Assembly: GCA_963676615.1 (NCBI GenBank)
Contig: OY781092.1
Span: 96,001 to 160,000, forward strand
DNA length: 64,000 nucleotides
Direction: 5' to 3'
From: Candidatus Cloacimonadota bacterium
Lineage (GTDB): Bacteria > Cloacimonadota > Cloacimonadia > G963667145
The notes below the pieces were generated by a model, which was given only the letters and a program-made list of their open reading frames with translations, was not told where the DNA came from and did not search any database. The position numbers and the translations under genes are program-made. Positions 1 to 10,066 of the stretch are shown here, in pieces (the stretch's first letter is position 1; every line of letters starts with the position of its first letter).

Positions 1-1
1 C

Positions 2-481
2 AAAATTTTAGCGCCAGGATTTCGACTCGGCTGGATAATCGCCAGCAAGGAACTGCTCGATTTTGCGATTGTGGTCAAACAGACGATGGATCTTTGCACG
101 AGCCCTTTTGTGCAGCGGATTGTGGGCAGATATATGGAGGCTGGTTTGCTCGAGCCGACGATCAAAAAAACTGTCGTTTCGTATCGCGAAAAAGCCAAAG
201 CGATGTTGCAGGCTTTTCAGGAATTTATGCCCGAAGGGGTCTCGTGGACGACGCCAGAAGGCGGGCTGTTTCTCTTTTTGCATCTGCCAGAGCATATGGA
301 CTCGGAAAAGCTGATGGCTTCGGCGGTCAAAGATTACAAAGTGGCTTTTGTGCCGGGAGTCGTTTTTCATTGCGATGGATCGGGCAAAAATACGCTGCGG
401 ATGAACTTTTCGTATGAGTCGGCAGAAACCATCAGAGAAGGCGTGCAGCGCTTGGCAAAGGCGATTGCCGCAAATCTCTAG
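2..481 (+). CDS. PLP-dependent aminotransferase class I/II (LysN/ARO8-like), 5' truncated by window
   Basis: Frame is open from position 2: KILAPGFRLGW (PLP-lysine motif), WTTPEGGLFLFL, LRMNFS. Confidence 0.9.
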   Translation, partial: KILAPGFRLGWIIASKELLDFAIVVKQTMDLCTSPFVQRIVGRYMEAGLLEPTIKKTVVSYREKAKAMLQAFQEFMPEGVSWTTPEGGLFLFLHLPEHMDSEKLMASAVKDYKVAFVPGVVFHCDGSGKNTLRMNFSYESAETIREGVQRLAKAIAANL

Positions 482-501
482 GCGATTTTGAGGGAAAGTT
501 T

Positions 502-1167
502 ATGAAATGCGAACACTGCGGGGCGAAAATCGTCGGCGACCCAACTTTTTGCGCAGCTTGCGGCAAACCGACGGCTTTGCTTTCGTCGGAGCTAAGTGCT
601 ATCAGCGCTTTGCGTTACGCCAAAAAAAATCTCGACTGGAAACGCAGTTGGAAGCTCTCGCTTTTGATGTTTGTGCCGATTTGGCTTTTTGCGGCGTCTT
701 TTTTGTTGCTGGGCGATTTTTGGTATTATCTGAGCTTGCTGATTTTTTTGCCGCTGTTTTTGTCTCCGCTGTCAAAAAAAAGTGCGTGGTTTCAAAAGCC
801 GCTTGGGTTTTTCCCGTTTGCGGTGCTTTTTGTGGGCTACCTTTTTGCGTTGCGGACGATCTGCCAAGGCGACCCGATTTTGGATTTGGTTTACCTGATA
901 ATGTGCAACTACGCCCTTAGTATTTCGTTGCCGATTGTGGCAAAAGTGGGCAAGGGTGAAAAACTGCTGGCGTCGCTTTTGTGGAGTATTCGCAAAATAA
1001 AGGAGAGCCGCTGGCAGCAGATTTTTTTGCTTTGGATCGTGTTCGCGCTGAATATTTTGGCGCTGTTGCCGCTGGGCATTGGATTGTTTTTCAGCGTTCC
1101 GTTTTCGTATATTTGCCTTGAGCGATATGGGCATCAGCTGAAAAAATATTACAAAAAAGCGGAGTAA
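502..1167 (+). CDS. Membrane protein with N-terminal zinc ribbon
   Basis: CEHC...CAAC at the N-terminus, then several hydrophobic helices; AGGGA RBS. Confidence 0.7.
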   Translation: MKCEHCGAKIVGDPTFCAACGKPTALLSSELSAISALRYAKKNLDWKRSWKLSLLMFVPIWLFAASFLLLGDFWYYLSLLIFLPLFLSPLSKKSAWFQKPLGFFPFAVLFVGYLFALRTICQGDPILDLVYLIMCNYALSISLPIVAKVGKGEKLLASLLWSIRKIKESRWQQIFLLWIVFALNILALLPLGIGLFFSVPFSYICLERYGHQLKKYYKKAE

Positions 1168-1200
1168 ATCGACAATTTTTTGGGAAGAAAGTGATTTTTC

Positions 1201-1229
1201 TTGACTTGGTCAACCTCATTTTTTTTTTG
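1201..1229 (+). promoter_or_regulatory. Putative promoter of the rpsP operon (-35 TTGACT, T-rich -10 position)
   Basis: TTGACT at 1201 in the intergenic gap, with TTTTTG 17 nt downstream. Confidence 0.4.
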
Positions 1230-1273
1230 GTTGAATTGGAATGTAAAATATTTAAATCGAAGGAATATGCACA

Positions 1274-1555
1274 ATGGTTAAATTAAGATTGAAGAGAATG
1301 GGCAGAAAAAATATCCCTTTCTATAGAGTGGTGGCCGTGGACAGTCGCAAGAAAAGAGACGGAGCTTATATCGAAGCGCTAGGTTTTTACAGCCCGAAAA
1401 GTGATGATGCGAAAGTGAAAATCGACCAAGATGTGGCTTTGAAATGGCTGAAATTGGGCGCACAACCAACTGATACAGTAAGGTCGCTTCTTCGCAAAGA
1501 GGGTGTCCTGAAAGTTTGGGACGAAGAGAAAAAAGCAGCAGCAAAGGCGAAGTAG
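1274..1555 (+). CDS. rpsP: 30S ribosomal protein S16
   Basis: [25 protein letters not shown]...[12 protein letters not shown]. Confidence 0.98.
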   Translation: MVKLRLKRMGRKNIPFYRVVAVDSRKKRDGAYIEALGFYSPKSDDAKVKIDQDVALKWLKLGAQPTDTVRSLLRKEGVLKVWDEEKKAAAKAK

Positions 1556-1590
1556 TTTTGTTTTTGTTTAATAAAAAAAAGAAGAAGGCA

Positions 1591-1827
1591 ATGAAGATAA
1601 AAGATTTGTTGATTTCGTTGGTGCAAGAGATTGTGGACAATCCAGCGGATGTTGATGTGCAAGAGACCGACGGAGAGTTTGGCAAGGTTTATGAGATTGC
1701 TTTGCACAAAGAAGATGTAGGCAAAGTTATTGGAAAAAAAGGGAGAACCATCTCCTCGCTACGGACGCTTTTCAAAGGTATCGCCAAAAAGCAAGGCTTT
1801 AGCCTAGAACTGGAGATCGTTGAGTAG
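1591..1827 (+). CDS. khpA: KH-domain RNA-binding protein KhpA
   Basis: EDVGKVIGKKGRTI (GxxG); lies between rpsP and rimM; ATG at 1591 after GAAGG. Confidence 0.9.
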   Translation: MKIKDLLISLVQEIVDNPADVDVQETDGEFGKVYEIALHKEDVGKVIGKKGRTISSLRTLFKGIAKKQGFSLELEIVE

Positions 1828-2326
1828 TTCGCAAGTTACGGTCTTGGCGTCTTTTCGCGGATATAAGGCGAAAAAAGGCGAGTTTATCAAGCTGAGGCTG
1901 AACAAAAATTACCATAGAAGTGTTGAAAAAAGTGATTATTTTTTGCTGATATTTGAGCAAGAGATTAGGTATTTGGAAGATTTTTCGTGGCGTGTTTCGA
2001 GCGATGAGGAATCGGTTTTTTTGCAAATAAAAGACGACGAACTTGTGCAAGAAATCTCGCAAATCAAAAAAGTGAGCGTCGGCTTGCTGGCGAAAGATTA
2101 TCGGAATTTGCAGGCGCAGGAGTGCCCGTATTTTGGCTACGAGGTCTATCAGCAAAAGACGCTGCTGGGCAAAGTGGTCGGCTATAGCGACTCCAGCGAT
2201 TTGGCGATTTTGGAGATAGAGGTTGACGGCAAAATTGTGTTGCTGCCCGAAGTTGACGAATATGTCGAAAAAGTCGGCGAGCGATTTTTGCAGGTGCGGA
2301 ATGTTCAGGGACTTTTGGATTTATGA
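1820..2326 (+). CDS. rimM: 16S rRNA processing protein RimM (divergent)
   Basis: Synteny between khpA and trmD; C-terminal PRC-barrel-like GYEVY...LGKV...VLLPEVDEYVEKV. Confidence 0.75.
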   Translation: MSSSQVTVLASFRGYKAKKGEFIKLRLNKNYHRSVEKSDYFLLIFEQEIRYLEDFSWRVSSDEESVFLQIKDDELVQEISQIKKVSVGLLAKDYRNLQAQECPYFGYEVYQQKTLLGKVVGYSDSSDLAILEIEVDGKIVLLPEVDEYVEKVGERFLQVRNVQGLLDL

Positions 2327-2994
2327 AGATAGATGTTTTGACGATTTTCCCCCAAATGTTTCCAAGCTTTTTGCAGACGAGCATCGTCGGATTGGCGCAC
2401 CAAAAACAGAAGCTGGCTACCCAGGTAATCGACATCAGAGCTTTTTCGCAAAACAAGCACAAGAAGGTGGACGACTATCCATACGGCGGTGGCGGCGGAA
2501 TGGTGATGTCGGCGCAACCTTTGGCGGACGCCATTCGGGCGAGCAAAAGCGATGAAGCAGACGAGGTAATCTATTTTACGCCGCAAGGTAAGTCGTTGCA
2601 GCAGAAAGATTTACACTCGCTAAAGACCGCTAAAAAGCTGATTTTAATCTGTGGACATTACAAAGATATCGACCAGCGAATCCGCGACAAATATGTGACC
2701 AAGGAGTTTTCGATTGGCGACTATGTGCTTTCGGGTGGAGAGTTGCCCGCGATGATTTTTATCGACGGCATAGCGCGTCTGCTGGACGGAGTGTTGGGCA
2801 ATTTCGATTCAGCCAAAAGCGACTCTTTTGAGAACCAAATTTTGGGAGCTCCCAGCTACACAAGACCAGAAGTTTTTGAGGGGTTGCGAGTGCCAGAGGT
2901 TTTGTTGGGTGGCAATCACGCCAAAATTGAAGAATGGCGGCACGAAAAAGCGATGGAGATTACGCTGCAAAACAGGAAAGATTTGCTGAAGTGA
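2323..2994 (+). CDS. trmD: tRNA (guanine37-N1)-methyltransferase
   Basis: VDDYPYGGGGGMVM, SIGDYVLSGGELPA, YTRPE. Confidence 0.98.
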   Translation: MKIDVLTIFPQMFPSFLQTSIVGLAHQKQKLATQVIDIRAFSQNKHKKVDDYPYGGGGGMVMSAQPLADAIRASKSDEADEVIYFTPQGKSLQQKDLHSLKTAKKLILICGHYKDIDQRIRDKYVTKEFSIGDYVLSGGELPAMIFIDGIARLLDGVLGNFDSAKSDSFENQILGAPSYTRPEVFEGLRVPEVLLGGNHAKIEEWRHEKAMEITLQNRKDLLK

Positions 2995-3539
2995 GAAAAA
3001 TTTATTTGGCTTTGTTGCACTCTGGCGTGGTGGACAAAAACGCCCAGGAGATAGTAACTTCGATTACCAATTTGGATGTTCACGATATTGCCAGAAGCTG
3101 TGCGTGCTTTGGCGTGGAGCGATTTTTTGTGGTCAATCCGCTGGCTGGGCAGAAGAAATTTCTGGAAAATATTTTGGGATTTTGGCAGACTCAGATAGCC
3201 AAATCTTACAATCCTGATCGAGTGGAAGCGTTAAAAATCACTAGTTATGCAAAAAATTTAGAAGAAGTAATAAATAAAATTAAAAATGAGGATGGCAGAC
3301 ATCCGATAACTGTTACAACTACGGCTAAAAAAATGAACGGACAGATAAATTTTGCGAGTCTTAAGGGGTTAGATTTTAAGCCCATACTTTTGCTGTTTGG
3401 CACCGGAGGAGGACTCAAGCAAAAAGTGCATTCCGATGCGGATTATGTGCTTCAGCCTTTGCAAGGGGCGAAGCATTACAATCATCTTTCTGTCAGAAGC
3501 GCCGTGGCGATAGTGTTGGATAGGTTGCTGTCTGCATAA
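2991..3539 (+). CDS. SPOUT-type SAM-dependent RNA methyltransferase (trmD-associated)
   Basis: [44 protein letters not shown] start overlaps the trmD stop (GTGA). Confidence 0.85.
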   Translation: MRKIYLALLHSGVVDKNAQEIVTSITNLDVHDIARSCACFGVERFFVVNPLAGQKKFLENILGFWQTQIAKSYNPDRVEALKITSYAKNLEEVINKIKNEDGRHPITVTTTAKKMNGQINFASLKGLDFKPILLLFGTGGGLKQKVHSDADYVLQPLQGAKHYNHLSVRSAVAIVLDRLLSA

Positions 3540-3550
3540 GGAGTTATAAA

Positions 3551-3898
3551 ATGGATATATTGAACGAAGTTGGAAAAGAGCAGATGAGAACCGACTTGCC
3601 AGAGTTTGGCGTTGGTGACACTGTGCGCGTAGATTATAAAATTACAGAGGGCTCAAAAGAGAGAATTCAGGCTTTTCAAGGGATTGTCATTCAAAAAAAA
3701 GGAAGCGACATCTCGAAAACTTTCACCGTTCGTAAGGTGAGTGGTGGTGTGGCTGTGGAAAGAATTTTTCCGATGTCAACTCCGCTGATTGCCAAGCTTG
3801 AAGTGCTCAGATTTGGTAAAGTCAGACGCTCGAAGCTGTATTATTTGCGCGAGGCGAAAGGCAGAAGAGCCAAAATCAAAGAGAAAAAGCAGTATTAG
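3551..3898 (+). CDS. rplS: 50S ribosomal protein L19
   Basis: [23 protein letters not shown]...VERIFP...[12 protein letters not shown]. Confidence 0.98.
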   Translation: MDILNEVGKEQMRTDLPEFGVGDTVRVDYKITEGSKERIQAFQGIVIQKKGSDISKTFTVRKVSGGVAVERIFPMSTPLIAKLEVLRFGKVRRSKLYYLREAKGRRAKIKEKKQY

Positions 3899-3909
3899 TT
3901 TTTTGGTTG

Positions 3910-4737
3910 ATGCAAGTCGCAAAAGCTTACGCCAAGATAAATTTGTATTTGGACACTTTATCCAAAGGCGATGAGTTTACCAAAATCAGGACGGTTTTTG
4001 CGCAGATAGATTTGCGCGACACTTTGAGCATAAAAAAAAATAGAAGTGGTGAGATAAGCTTTGGTTGCAGCGATGCCAGCTTGCAAAATGCGGACAATTT
4101 GGTTGTGAGGGTTGCAAAATTTTTGCAAAAGCGTTGCAAAGTGGGTTATGGAGCGGAGATTTTTTTGCAAAAGGAGATTCCCGTGGCAGCAGGATTGGGA
4201 GGAGGCAGCAGCGATGCGGCGGCAGCTTTGCAGGCGCTAGACAAAGAGTGGGAGCTAGGGCTGAGTGAGGCAGAGCAGCACGAAATAGCCGCTGGTTTTG
4301 GCAGCGACATCAACTTTTTCCTTCGTGGCGGAGTTTGCCTCGGCACAGATAGAGGGCAGTTGATAGAGCCGATCGCCTTTGAGCAAATTGACAATATTTT
4401 GCTGGTTAATCCTGGCGTGGCGATTTCTAGCAAAGAGGCTTATCAAAATGTGAAAAGCTATGGTAAGACCGACGGATTTGAGCGATTTTTGGCTTCGGGC
4501 GATGTTGGTTTTTGCTATAACGGCTTGGAGGCAGGAGTGCTGGAGCTTTATCCCAGCGTGCGTGAGTGCCTGCAAGATTTACGAAAAAACGGTGCGAAAA
4601 AGGCGATGCTCTCGGGCAGTGGAGCGACGGTGATTGGCTTTTTTGAGGACGCCAAAACAGCAAAATTAACAGAGAAATATTTTAAAAATAAAAATTTTTG
4701 GACATTATTTACTAAAACAGGAAGGAGTGTAATATGA
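3910..4737 (+). CDS. ispE: 4-diphosphocytidyl-2-C-methyl-D-erythritol kinase
   Basis: AKINLYL, IPVAAGLGGGSSDAAA, GSDINFF, MLSGSGAT. Confidence 0.97.
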   Translation: MQVAKAYAKINLYLDTLSKGDEFTKIRTVFAQIDLRDTLSIKKNRSGEISFGCSDASLQNADNLVVRVAKFLQKRCKVGYGAEIFLQKEIPVAAGLGGGSSDAAAALQALDKEWELGLSEAEQHEIAAGFGSDINFFLRGGVCLGTDRGQLIEPIAFEQIDNILLVNPGVAISSKEAYQNVKSYGKTDGFERFLASGDVGFCYNGLEAGVLELYPSVRECLQDLRKNGAKKAMLSGSGATVIGFFEDAKTAKLTEKYFKNKNFWTLFTKTGRSVI

Positions 4738-5000
4738 ACATTACAAAAGTAGAAGTATTCTTGAGAGACGACGACAAACCACTAAAGGCTTTTGTTAATC
4801 TTATTTTTGATGACAGCTTTATCGTGAGAAATGTGAAAGTGATTGACGGAAGCAACGGAATGTTTGTGGCTATGCCAAATCGTCAATTGAGTGATGGCTC
4901 TTATAGAGACATAGCACATCCTCTTAATTCTGACACCAGAAAAGAGATCGAGGATTTAGTGCTGGCTAAGTATGAGGAAGAAAAAAACGCTGAAGCTTAA
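4734..5000 (+). CDS. spoVG: SpoVG family nucleic-acid-binding protein
   Basis: LKAFVNLIFDDSFIVRNVKVIDGSNGMFVAMP...YRDIAHP. Confidence 0.95.
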   Translation: MNITKVEVFLRDDDKPLKAFVNLIFDDSFIVRNVKVIDGSNGMFVAMPNRQLSDGSYRDIAHPLNSDTRKEIEDLVLAKYEEEKNAEA

Positions 5001-5022
5001 TTTGGGCATTCTAAATTAGGTT

Positions 5023-6075
5023 TTGAAGGAGAATAGCATTAAAATATTTTCAGGTAACGCTAATAAATATTTGGCACAAAAGGTCTCGGAATATGTCGAG
5101 AGCGAAGGTGCTGTAGATGTTATGGGTAAGGCGGAAGTCTTTGAGTTTTCCAACGGGGAGACTTTCGCCAAACTTTGTGAGAGCATCAGGAGTAAAGATG
5201 TTTTTGTTTTTCAGCCGATTTCTCCTTCGGAGATGAGCAAAGATTGTAAAGACGAAAACGAATATCGCACGGTCAACGACAACTTGATGGAGCTTTTGAT
5301 TTTGATGGACGCCTGCAAAAGGGCGTCGGCAGAGAGCGTGAGCTGTGTGATTCCATACTATGGATATTCCAGAACGGACAAAAAAGACCAGTCTGGCACA
5401 CCGATTACGGCGAAACTCGTGGCAAATATGCTAGAGTCGGCGGGAGCAAAAAGAATTATCACCTTTGATTTGCATTCGCAGCAAATTCAGGGATTTTTCA
5501 ACATTCCAGTGGATAATCTTTCTGCTTCTTATTTGTTTGTGCAACATTTTTACGACGGCTATGGGATTGAGGTGATTGTCTCGCCAGATTCTGGCGGTGT
5601 GGCAAGAGCCAGAGATTTGTCGCGTAGGATTAACTACGCCCGCAGACAAGACAAAAAGTGCAGCGACAAAGAGCCGACGGCGATAGCTTTTGGCGATAAA
5701 AGACGCACAGGCAACGACGATTGTGTGGAGCTGACCCATATTGTGGGCGATGTAGAAGGCAAAAATGTTTTAATCTGTGACGACATCGTTGATACGGCTG
5801 GCTCGCTTGTGAAAGTGGCAAGTGCTCTAAAAAAACACGGGGCAAAGAAAATTTACGCTGCGTGCGTTCACGGCGTTTTGTCTGGACCAGCACTGGAGCG
5901 AATCGAAGATTCTTGCCTTGAGAAGTTGTATATTACCGACACGATTCCGCTTCCCAAAAGGGTGCGAGATTGTGAGCGTCTAGAGGTGATTTCGATCGCC
6001 AAAATTTTGGCAAAAGCTGTGTATAATATCAGCGAAAAAAAGTCAGTTAACGAATTATTTAAAATAGACATATAA
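5023..6075 (+). CDS. prs: Ribose-phosphate pyrophosphokinase
   Basis: FSNGE, DLHSQQIQGFF, VSPDSGG, DDIVDTAGS. Confidence 0.97.
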   Translation: MKENSIKIFSGNANKYLAQKVSEYVESEGAVDVMGKAEVFEFSNGETFAKLCESIRSKDVFVFQPISPSEMSKDCKDENEYRTVNDNLMELLILMDACKRASAESVSCVIPYYGYSRTDKKDQSGTPITAKLVANMLESAGAKRIITFDLHSQQIQGFFNIPVDNLSASYLFVQHFYDGYGIEVIVSPDSGGVARARDLSRRINYARRQDKKCSDKEPTAIAFGDKRRTGNDDCVELTHIVGDVEGKNVLICDDIVDTAGSLVKVASALKKHGAKKIYAACVHGVLSGPALERIEDSCLEKLYITDTIPLPKRVRDCERLEVISIAKILAKAVYNISEKKSVNELFKIDI

Positions 6076-6092
6076 GAAAGAGGTGGCTCAAA

Positions 6093-6722
6093 ATGGATTT
6101 TAATTTAAAAGTTGAAAAAAGAGCGGTAGCTCAAAAAAAATCTGATAATAAGAAGATTCGTAAAGAAGGATTTATCCCGGGCGTCATCTATGGCGAGGGA
6201 AAAGAGGGAACGCCGATTATGTTGCGTTCCAACGAGTTTGTGAAAGCGTATAACAAGTCGCTTGGCGAGTTGGCTTTTTTTAATCTGGATGTTGATGGCA
6301 AATCTTACAAAACGATTATCAAAGACAAGCAAGTGCATCCAAGCACCAGAAGGGTGGTTCACCTGGATTTTATGGAGCTGACCAAAGGGCACACAATCAC
6401 CGTGGATATTCCGATTAAGTTGGTTGGAGACGCCGCTGGCGTGATCGAGGGCGGCATCGTGGACTTTTTGATGCACACGATTTCTGTCTCTTGTCTGCCA
6501 TCACAAATCGTTTCGGAGCTCGAAGTTGACATCAGTAAATTGGGCATCGGCGACACTTTGCGTGTGGGCGATCTTCCGCTGGGAGATTTGCAGACCAACG
6601 CTGACGCAGAATTGACTGTCGTGCATATTATTCCGCCAATCCAAGAGGCTGCTGCGGAAGAGGATGCAGAAGGCGACGAGGCACCAGCAGAGGCAGAAGC
6701 TCCTCAAGCAACCGAAGAATAA
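6093..6722 (+). CDS. rplY: 50S ribosomal protein L25/Ctc
   Basis: IPGVIYG, QVHP...HLDF, Ctc beta domain and acidic tail. Confidence 0.95.
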   Translation: MDFNLKVEKRAVAQKKSDNKKIRKEGFIPGVIYGEGKEGTPIMLRSNEFVKAYNKSLGELAFFNLDVDGKSYKTIIKDKQVHPSTRRVVHLDFMELTKGHTITVDIPIKLVGDAAGVIEGGIVDFLMHTISVSCLPSQIVSELEVDISKLGIGDTLRVGDLPLGDLQTNADAELTVVHIIPPIQEAAAEEDAEGDEAPAEAEAPQATEE

Positions 6723-6725
6723 TCT

Positions 6726-7307
6726 TTGACCACGCTAATAGTTGGGCTAGGGAATTTAGGCGAGAAATACAAAAACACTCGGCACAATGTCGGCTTTATG
6801 CTGCTGGATAAATTGGCAGAAGACTGGGGGCTGAAGTGGCAAGATGCGGCGAATTTCTATTACGCAAAAAAAAAAGATTTCGTTTTGCTCAAACCACGCA
6901 CGATGATGAACCTCAGCGGCGTTGCTGTAAAAGATGGCGTAAAGCGGTTTGATGCAGAGCGAGTGCTAATCGTTTTTGACGATGTAAATTTGGATTTTGC
7001 CAGCCTTCGGATTCGCAAATCTGGATCTGCTGGTGGTCACAACGGTGTAAAATCGATTATCCAAAGTTTGCAAACCGACGATTTTGCGAGGTTGAGAATT
7101 GGCGTTGGTGGCGGAGAAAAAGCGAGCCTAATCGGTTATGTGCTGGGCAATTTTAACAAAGAGCAGACAGATATTTTGCCGAAAGTTTTTGAATTTTCTG
7201 CGGAGCTAGTCCAAGAGTATTTGGACTGCGATGTCGAAAAGATGCTTCAGCATTTTAGTAAAAACAAGAAAACCTATTCTGAGCAGGTGGCTCAGGATCT
7301 GAAATAG
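6726..7307 (+). CDS. pth: Peptidyl-tRNA hydrolase
   Basis: GLGNLGEKYKNTRHNVGF, GSAGGHNG, RLRIGVG. Confidence 0.97.
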   Translation: MTTLIVGLGNLGEKYKNTRHNVGFMLLDKLAEDWGLKWQDAANFYYAKKKDFVLLKPRTMMNLSGVAVKDGVKRFDAERVLIVFDDVNLDFASLRIRKSGSAGGHNGVKSIIQSLQTDDFARLRIGVGGGEKASLIGYVLGNFNKEQTDILPKVFEFSAELVQEYLDCDVEKMLQHFSKNKKTYSEQVAQDLK

Positions 7308-7324
7308 ACCAAAGGAGAAAAAAA

Positions 7325-7612
7325 ATGAACTACGAGAGTATGTTTTTAGTGAATCAGGACTTGCCAGAGGAAGAAGCCGACGGCATTAACAAAAAAGTCC
7401 TCGATTACATCGAGCAGAGCGGAGGCAACATCACCTCTAGCGAAAAAATGGGGAAGAAGCCGCTGGCTTATCCGATCAACAAAAGGGAAGCTGCCTACTA
7501 CTATCTGAACTTTTTTAGCTTGGATGTCGATAAGCTCGACGGTTTGGAAAAAATCTATCGCTACGACGAAAATGTGGTTAGATTTCTGACGACCGCCGAC
7601 TCGCAAAAGTAA
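7325..7612 (+). CDS. rpsF: 30S ribosomal protein S6
   Basis: YESMF...GKKPLAYPINK...VVRF; rpsF-ssb-rpsR synteny. Confidence 0.95.
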   Translation: MNYESMFLVNQDLPEEEADGINKKVLDYIEQSGGNITSSEKMGKKPLAYPINKREAAYYYLNFFSLDVDKLDGLEKIYRYDENVVRFLTTADSQK

Positions 7613-7643
7613 GCGCTTAAAAAAGACCTGAAGGGGGAGAAAA

Positions 7644-8102
7644 ATGAGTAAGAGATTAAGAATGCCGAACATCAATGCGATAACTATCTCCGGAAGGATT
7701 ACACGAGATTTGGAGCTTCGTTATCTAAATTCTGGAACTCAGGTGGTTAATCTGCCGCTGGCTTTTTCGCGTAACTATCGAGACAAACAGGGGCAATGGC
7801 AGCAAGAGACTAGCTATATCGATGTTGTGGTGTGGAGCGCTAGCGCCGAGAGGTGTGCCCAAAATTTGAAGAAGGGCGACCCTGTGCTTGTGGAAGGAAG
7901 TCTGCGCACGAGAACTTTTACGACCAAAGACGGCAAAAACGCCAAAGTTACCGAGATTTTTGCAACTCGAGTGCACTTTTTGGAAAAAGACGACAACGCT
8001 GGGGCAAGCTATGCCAGCGACAACAGTCAGCCATCTTCTGTCGGCGAGAAAAAATTTGCTGAACCGAGTGCGGATGTGGACGACGAAAGCGTTCCATTTT
8101 AA
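7644..8102 (+). CDS. ssb: Single-stranded DNA-binding protein
   Basis: GRITRDLELRY, VEGSLRTR, acidic tail DDESVPF. Confidence 0.97.
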   Translation: MSKRLRMPNINAITISGRITRDLELRYLNSGTQVVNLPLAFSRNYRDKQGQWQQETSYIDVVVWSASAERCAQNLKKGDPVLVEGSLRTRTFTTKDGKNAKVTEIFATRVHFLEKDDNAGASYASDNSQPSSVGEKKFAEPSADVDDESVPF

Positions 8103-8125
8103 TTTGTTAAATAAGGATTTTTATT

Positions 8126-8359
8126 ATGGCTTTTAGAAAAAAGAAAATAGTTTTTAAGAAAAAAAAATGCAAATTTTGCGAAAATAAAGAGCTTGTAATC
8201 GACTACAAAAATGTCGATTTGCTCAAAAAAATGATCGCCGAGAGCGGCAAAATTCTCTCTCGTAGATTTTCGGGAAATTGCGCCAAACACCAAAGAGCAG
8301 TAGCCAAGGAGATAAAAAAAGCAAGGCAAGTGGCTTTGCTCCCATACAAAAGAGTATGA
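8126..8359 (+). CDS. rpsR: 30S ribosomal protein S18 (Zn-binding type)
   Basis: CKFC...IDYKN...[15 protein letters not shown]...ALLPY. Confidence 0.98.
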   Translation: MAFRKKKIVFKKKKCKFCENKELVIDYKNVDLLKKMIAESGKILSRRFSGNCAKHQRAVAKEIKKARQVALLPYKRV

Positions 8360-9210
8360 TTTTTCTGCTGGCAGCCGTCTTTGCGCTGATTGGTTTTCTA
8401 AATCCTTTTTTGGCGGTTGTTTATGGTGTGGGAATTGTGGGCGATAGGTTGCTCAAAAGCGGAAAACTGAACATTTTTTTCTTGGCGGCTTTTGTCTGTT
8501 TTGGGCTGATAGCCGTTTTGGGCAAGCTCAACAGAGTAGATTTTTTTGAACTGTCTTTGCTTTTGCTGGCGGTGTTTGTTTACTTTCACTTGCTTTTGGC
8601 AAAAGGCAGCTACGATTTGGCGATTTTGGGCGCTGGAGTTTTTTTCTTCGCTGGAGAGTATATCATCTTTGCAAGTTTTAACGCTCTATTTATTCAGGTG
8701 ATAGAAAAAGCTTTTAGCGCAGCGGGGCAGATGTTTGCGGGCTCAGACAATTTGCAATATTTGGATTTGGCGAAAAAAATCTATCTAAACAACTATCCGT
8801 CTTTGTATGGCGTTTTGGGTCTCGTCTCGCTATATGGCAGCTCGATTTTGCTTGGCAGAAAGCACGAAATCCCAAAGTTCGAGTTTCGCAACTTTGATCT
8901 GCCAGGCTGGATAGACTTTTGGCTCATCGGTGGCTTGCTCCTTAGTTTTTTTGGCAAAAGTTTGCCGCTGTCTTTGGGAAGCAACTTGCTGTTTTTTTTG
9001 GTCGCCTTGTATGTTTTTGTGGGAATGGGAGTCGTTTTCACCGTTTGGAAAAAATGGTTTGAAAAATCGAAAATTTTGTATGTGTTATTTTTTTTGGTAG
9101 TAGTATTAAATAATTTATTATTGTTTGTTTTATCTTTCCTAGGATTGCTTGACCGTTGGTTTGATTTTAGGAAGTTAAATAGGAGGAAAAATGAAAGTGA
9201 TTTTAACTGA
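8356..9210 (+). CDS. YybS/DUF2232-like membrane protein
   Basis: Multi-TM protein between rpsR and rplI ending [14 protein letters not shown] overlaps the rpsR stop. Confidence 0.8.
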   Translation: MIFLLAAVFALIGFLNPFLAVVYGVGIVGDRLLKSGKLNIFFLAAFVCFGLIAVLGKLNRVDFFELSLLLLAVFVYFHLLLAKGSYDLAILGAGVFFFAGEYIIFASFNALFIQVIEKAFSAAGQMFAGSDNLQYLDLAKKIYLNNYPSLYGVLGLVSLYGSSILLGRKHEIPKFEFRNFDLPGWIDFWLIGGLLLSFFGKSLPLSLGSNLLFFLVALYVFVGMGVVFTVWKKWFEKSKILYVLFFLVVVLNNLLLFVLSFLGLLDRWFDFRKLNRRKNESDFN

Positions 9211-9730
9211 AAATTTGTATAAAGTGGGCGAAGCTGGCGGAATTGTAGAGGTGAAAAACGGTTTTGCGAGAAATTTTTTGTTGCCGAAAGGAAAAGCTGT
9301 TTTGGCGAACAAAGGAAATATGCAACGGATTGAGTCGATTAAGAAAAAAGCCGAAGAGGCAAGGCTCAAACTGTTGGCAGAGCTCAAAGAGTCGGCTTCG
9401 GTTCTCGAGGGCAAAGTTTTGGAATTTGAGATGAATTCCGACAAAGAGGGCAAGCTGTATGGTTCGGTTTCCGATGTGGAAATCATCGCTAAAATCAAAG
9501 AGCTTTTTGGTTTGGAAGTGAAAAGAAGGATGATCGAAATCCCAGAAAAGATTAAAACTGTGGGCGAATTTGAGGCGATTTTGCACTTCGGCGCGGCTGT
9601 GGATGTGAATCTCAAAGTTGTGGTAAAAAACAGCGAGTTGGAGATTTTGGAGCAAACTCAAGAAGAAGAGGGCGAGCCAGAATCTGGGCAAGAGGAAGCC
9701 GCTGAAACTGCGGAAACTGAGGAAGCGTAA
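9191..9730 (+). CDS. rplI: 50S ribosomal protein L9
   Basis: MKVIL...VKNGFARNFLLPKGKA...GKLYGSV...IKTVG. Confidence 0.97.
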   Translation: MKVILTENLYKVGEAGGIVEVKNGFARNFLLPKGKAVLANKGNMQRIESIKKKAEEARLKLLAELKESASVLEGKVLEFEMNSDKEGKLYGSVSDVEIIAKIKELFGLEVKRRMIEIPEKIKTVGEFEAILHFGAAVDVNLKVVVKNSELEILEQTQEEEGEPESGQEEAAETAETEEA

Positions 9731-9739
9731 TCTTTTTTC

Positions 9740-10066
9740 GTGGGGAAAATTAAGAAATTTAACGCTCAATCTTTCCTTTTGAAAGTTGCGGGCGAAAAAT
9801 ATCGCGATTTTGCTTTGATTTTGCTGCATTGGCGAGCTTGTGTCGGCAAAGGAATGGACGCTCGCAGTCGTGTGGAAAAATTTGAAAATGGCATTTTGTA
9901 TATTTCTGTAGTCGATAACAATTGGCTACAGGAATTTTTTTTATTAAAACAAGATATTTTGGATCGGCTGCACGAGCGGACTGGTCTTGCGTTGCGGGAT
10001 GTGATTTTTTATCTGAAAAATAATCGGGAGGATTATCGATGGCTGAGGACAAAAAAACGCTTGTAG
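9740..10066 (+). CDS. DUF721/DciA family helicase loader
   Basis: WRACVG...NGILYISVVDNNWLQEF..LKQDILDRL fits the DUF721 pattern. Confidence 0.7.
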   Translation: MGKIKKFNAQSFLLKVAGEKYRDFALILLHWRACVGKGMDARSRVEKFENGILYISVVDNNWLQEFFLLKQDILDRLHERTGLALRDVIFYLKNNREDYRWLRTKKRL

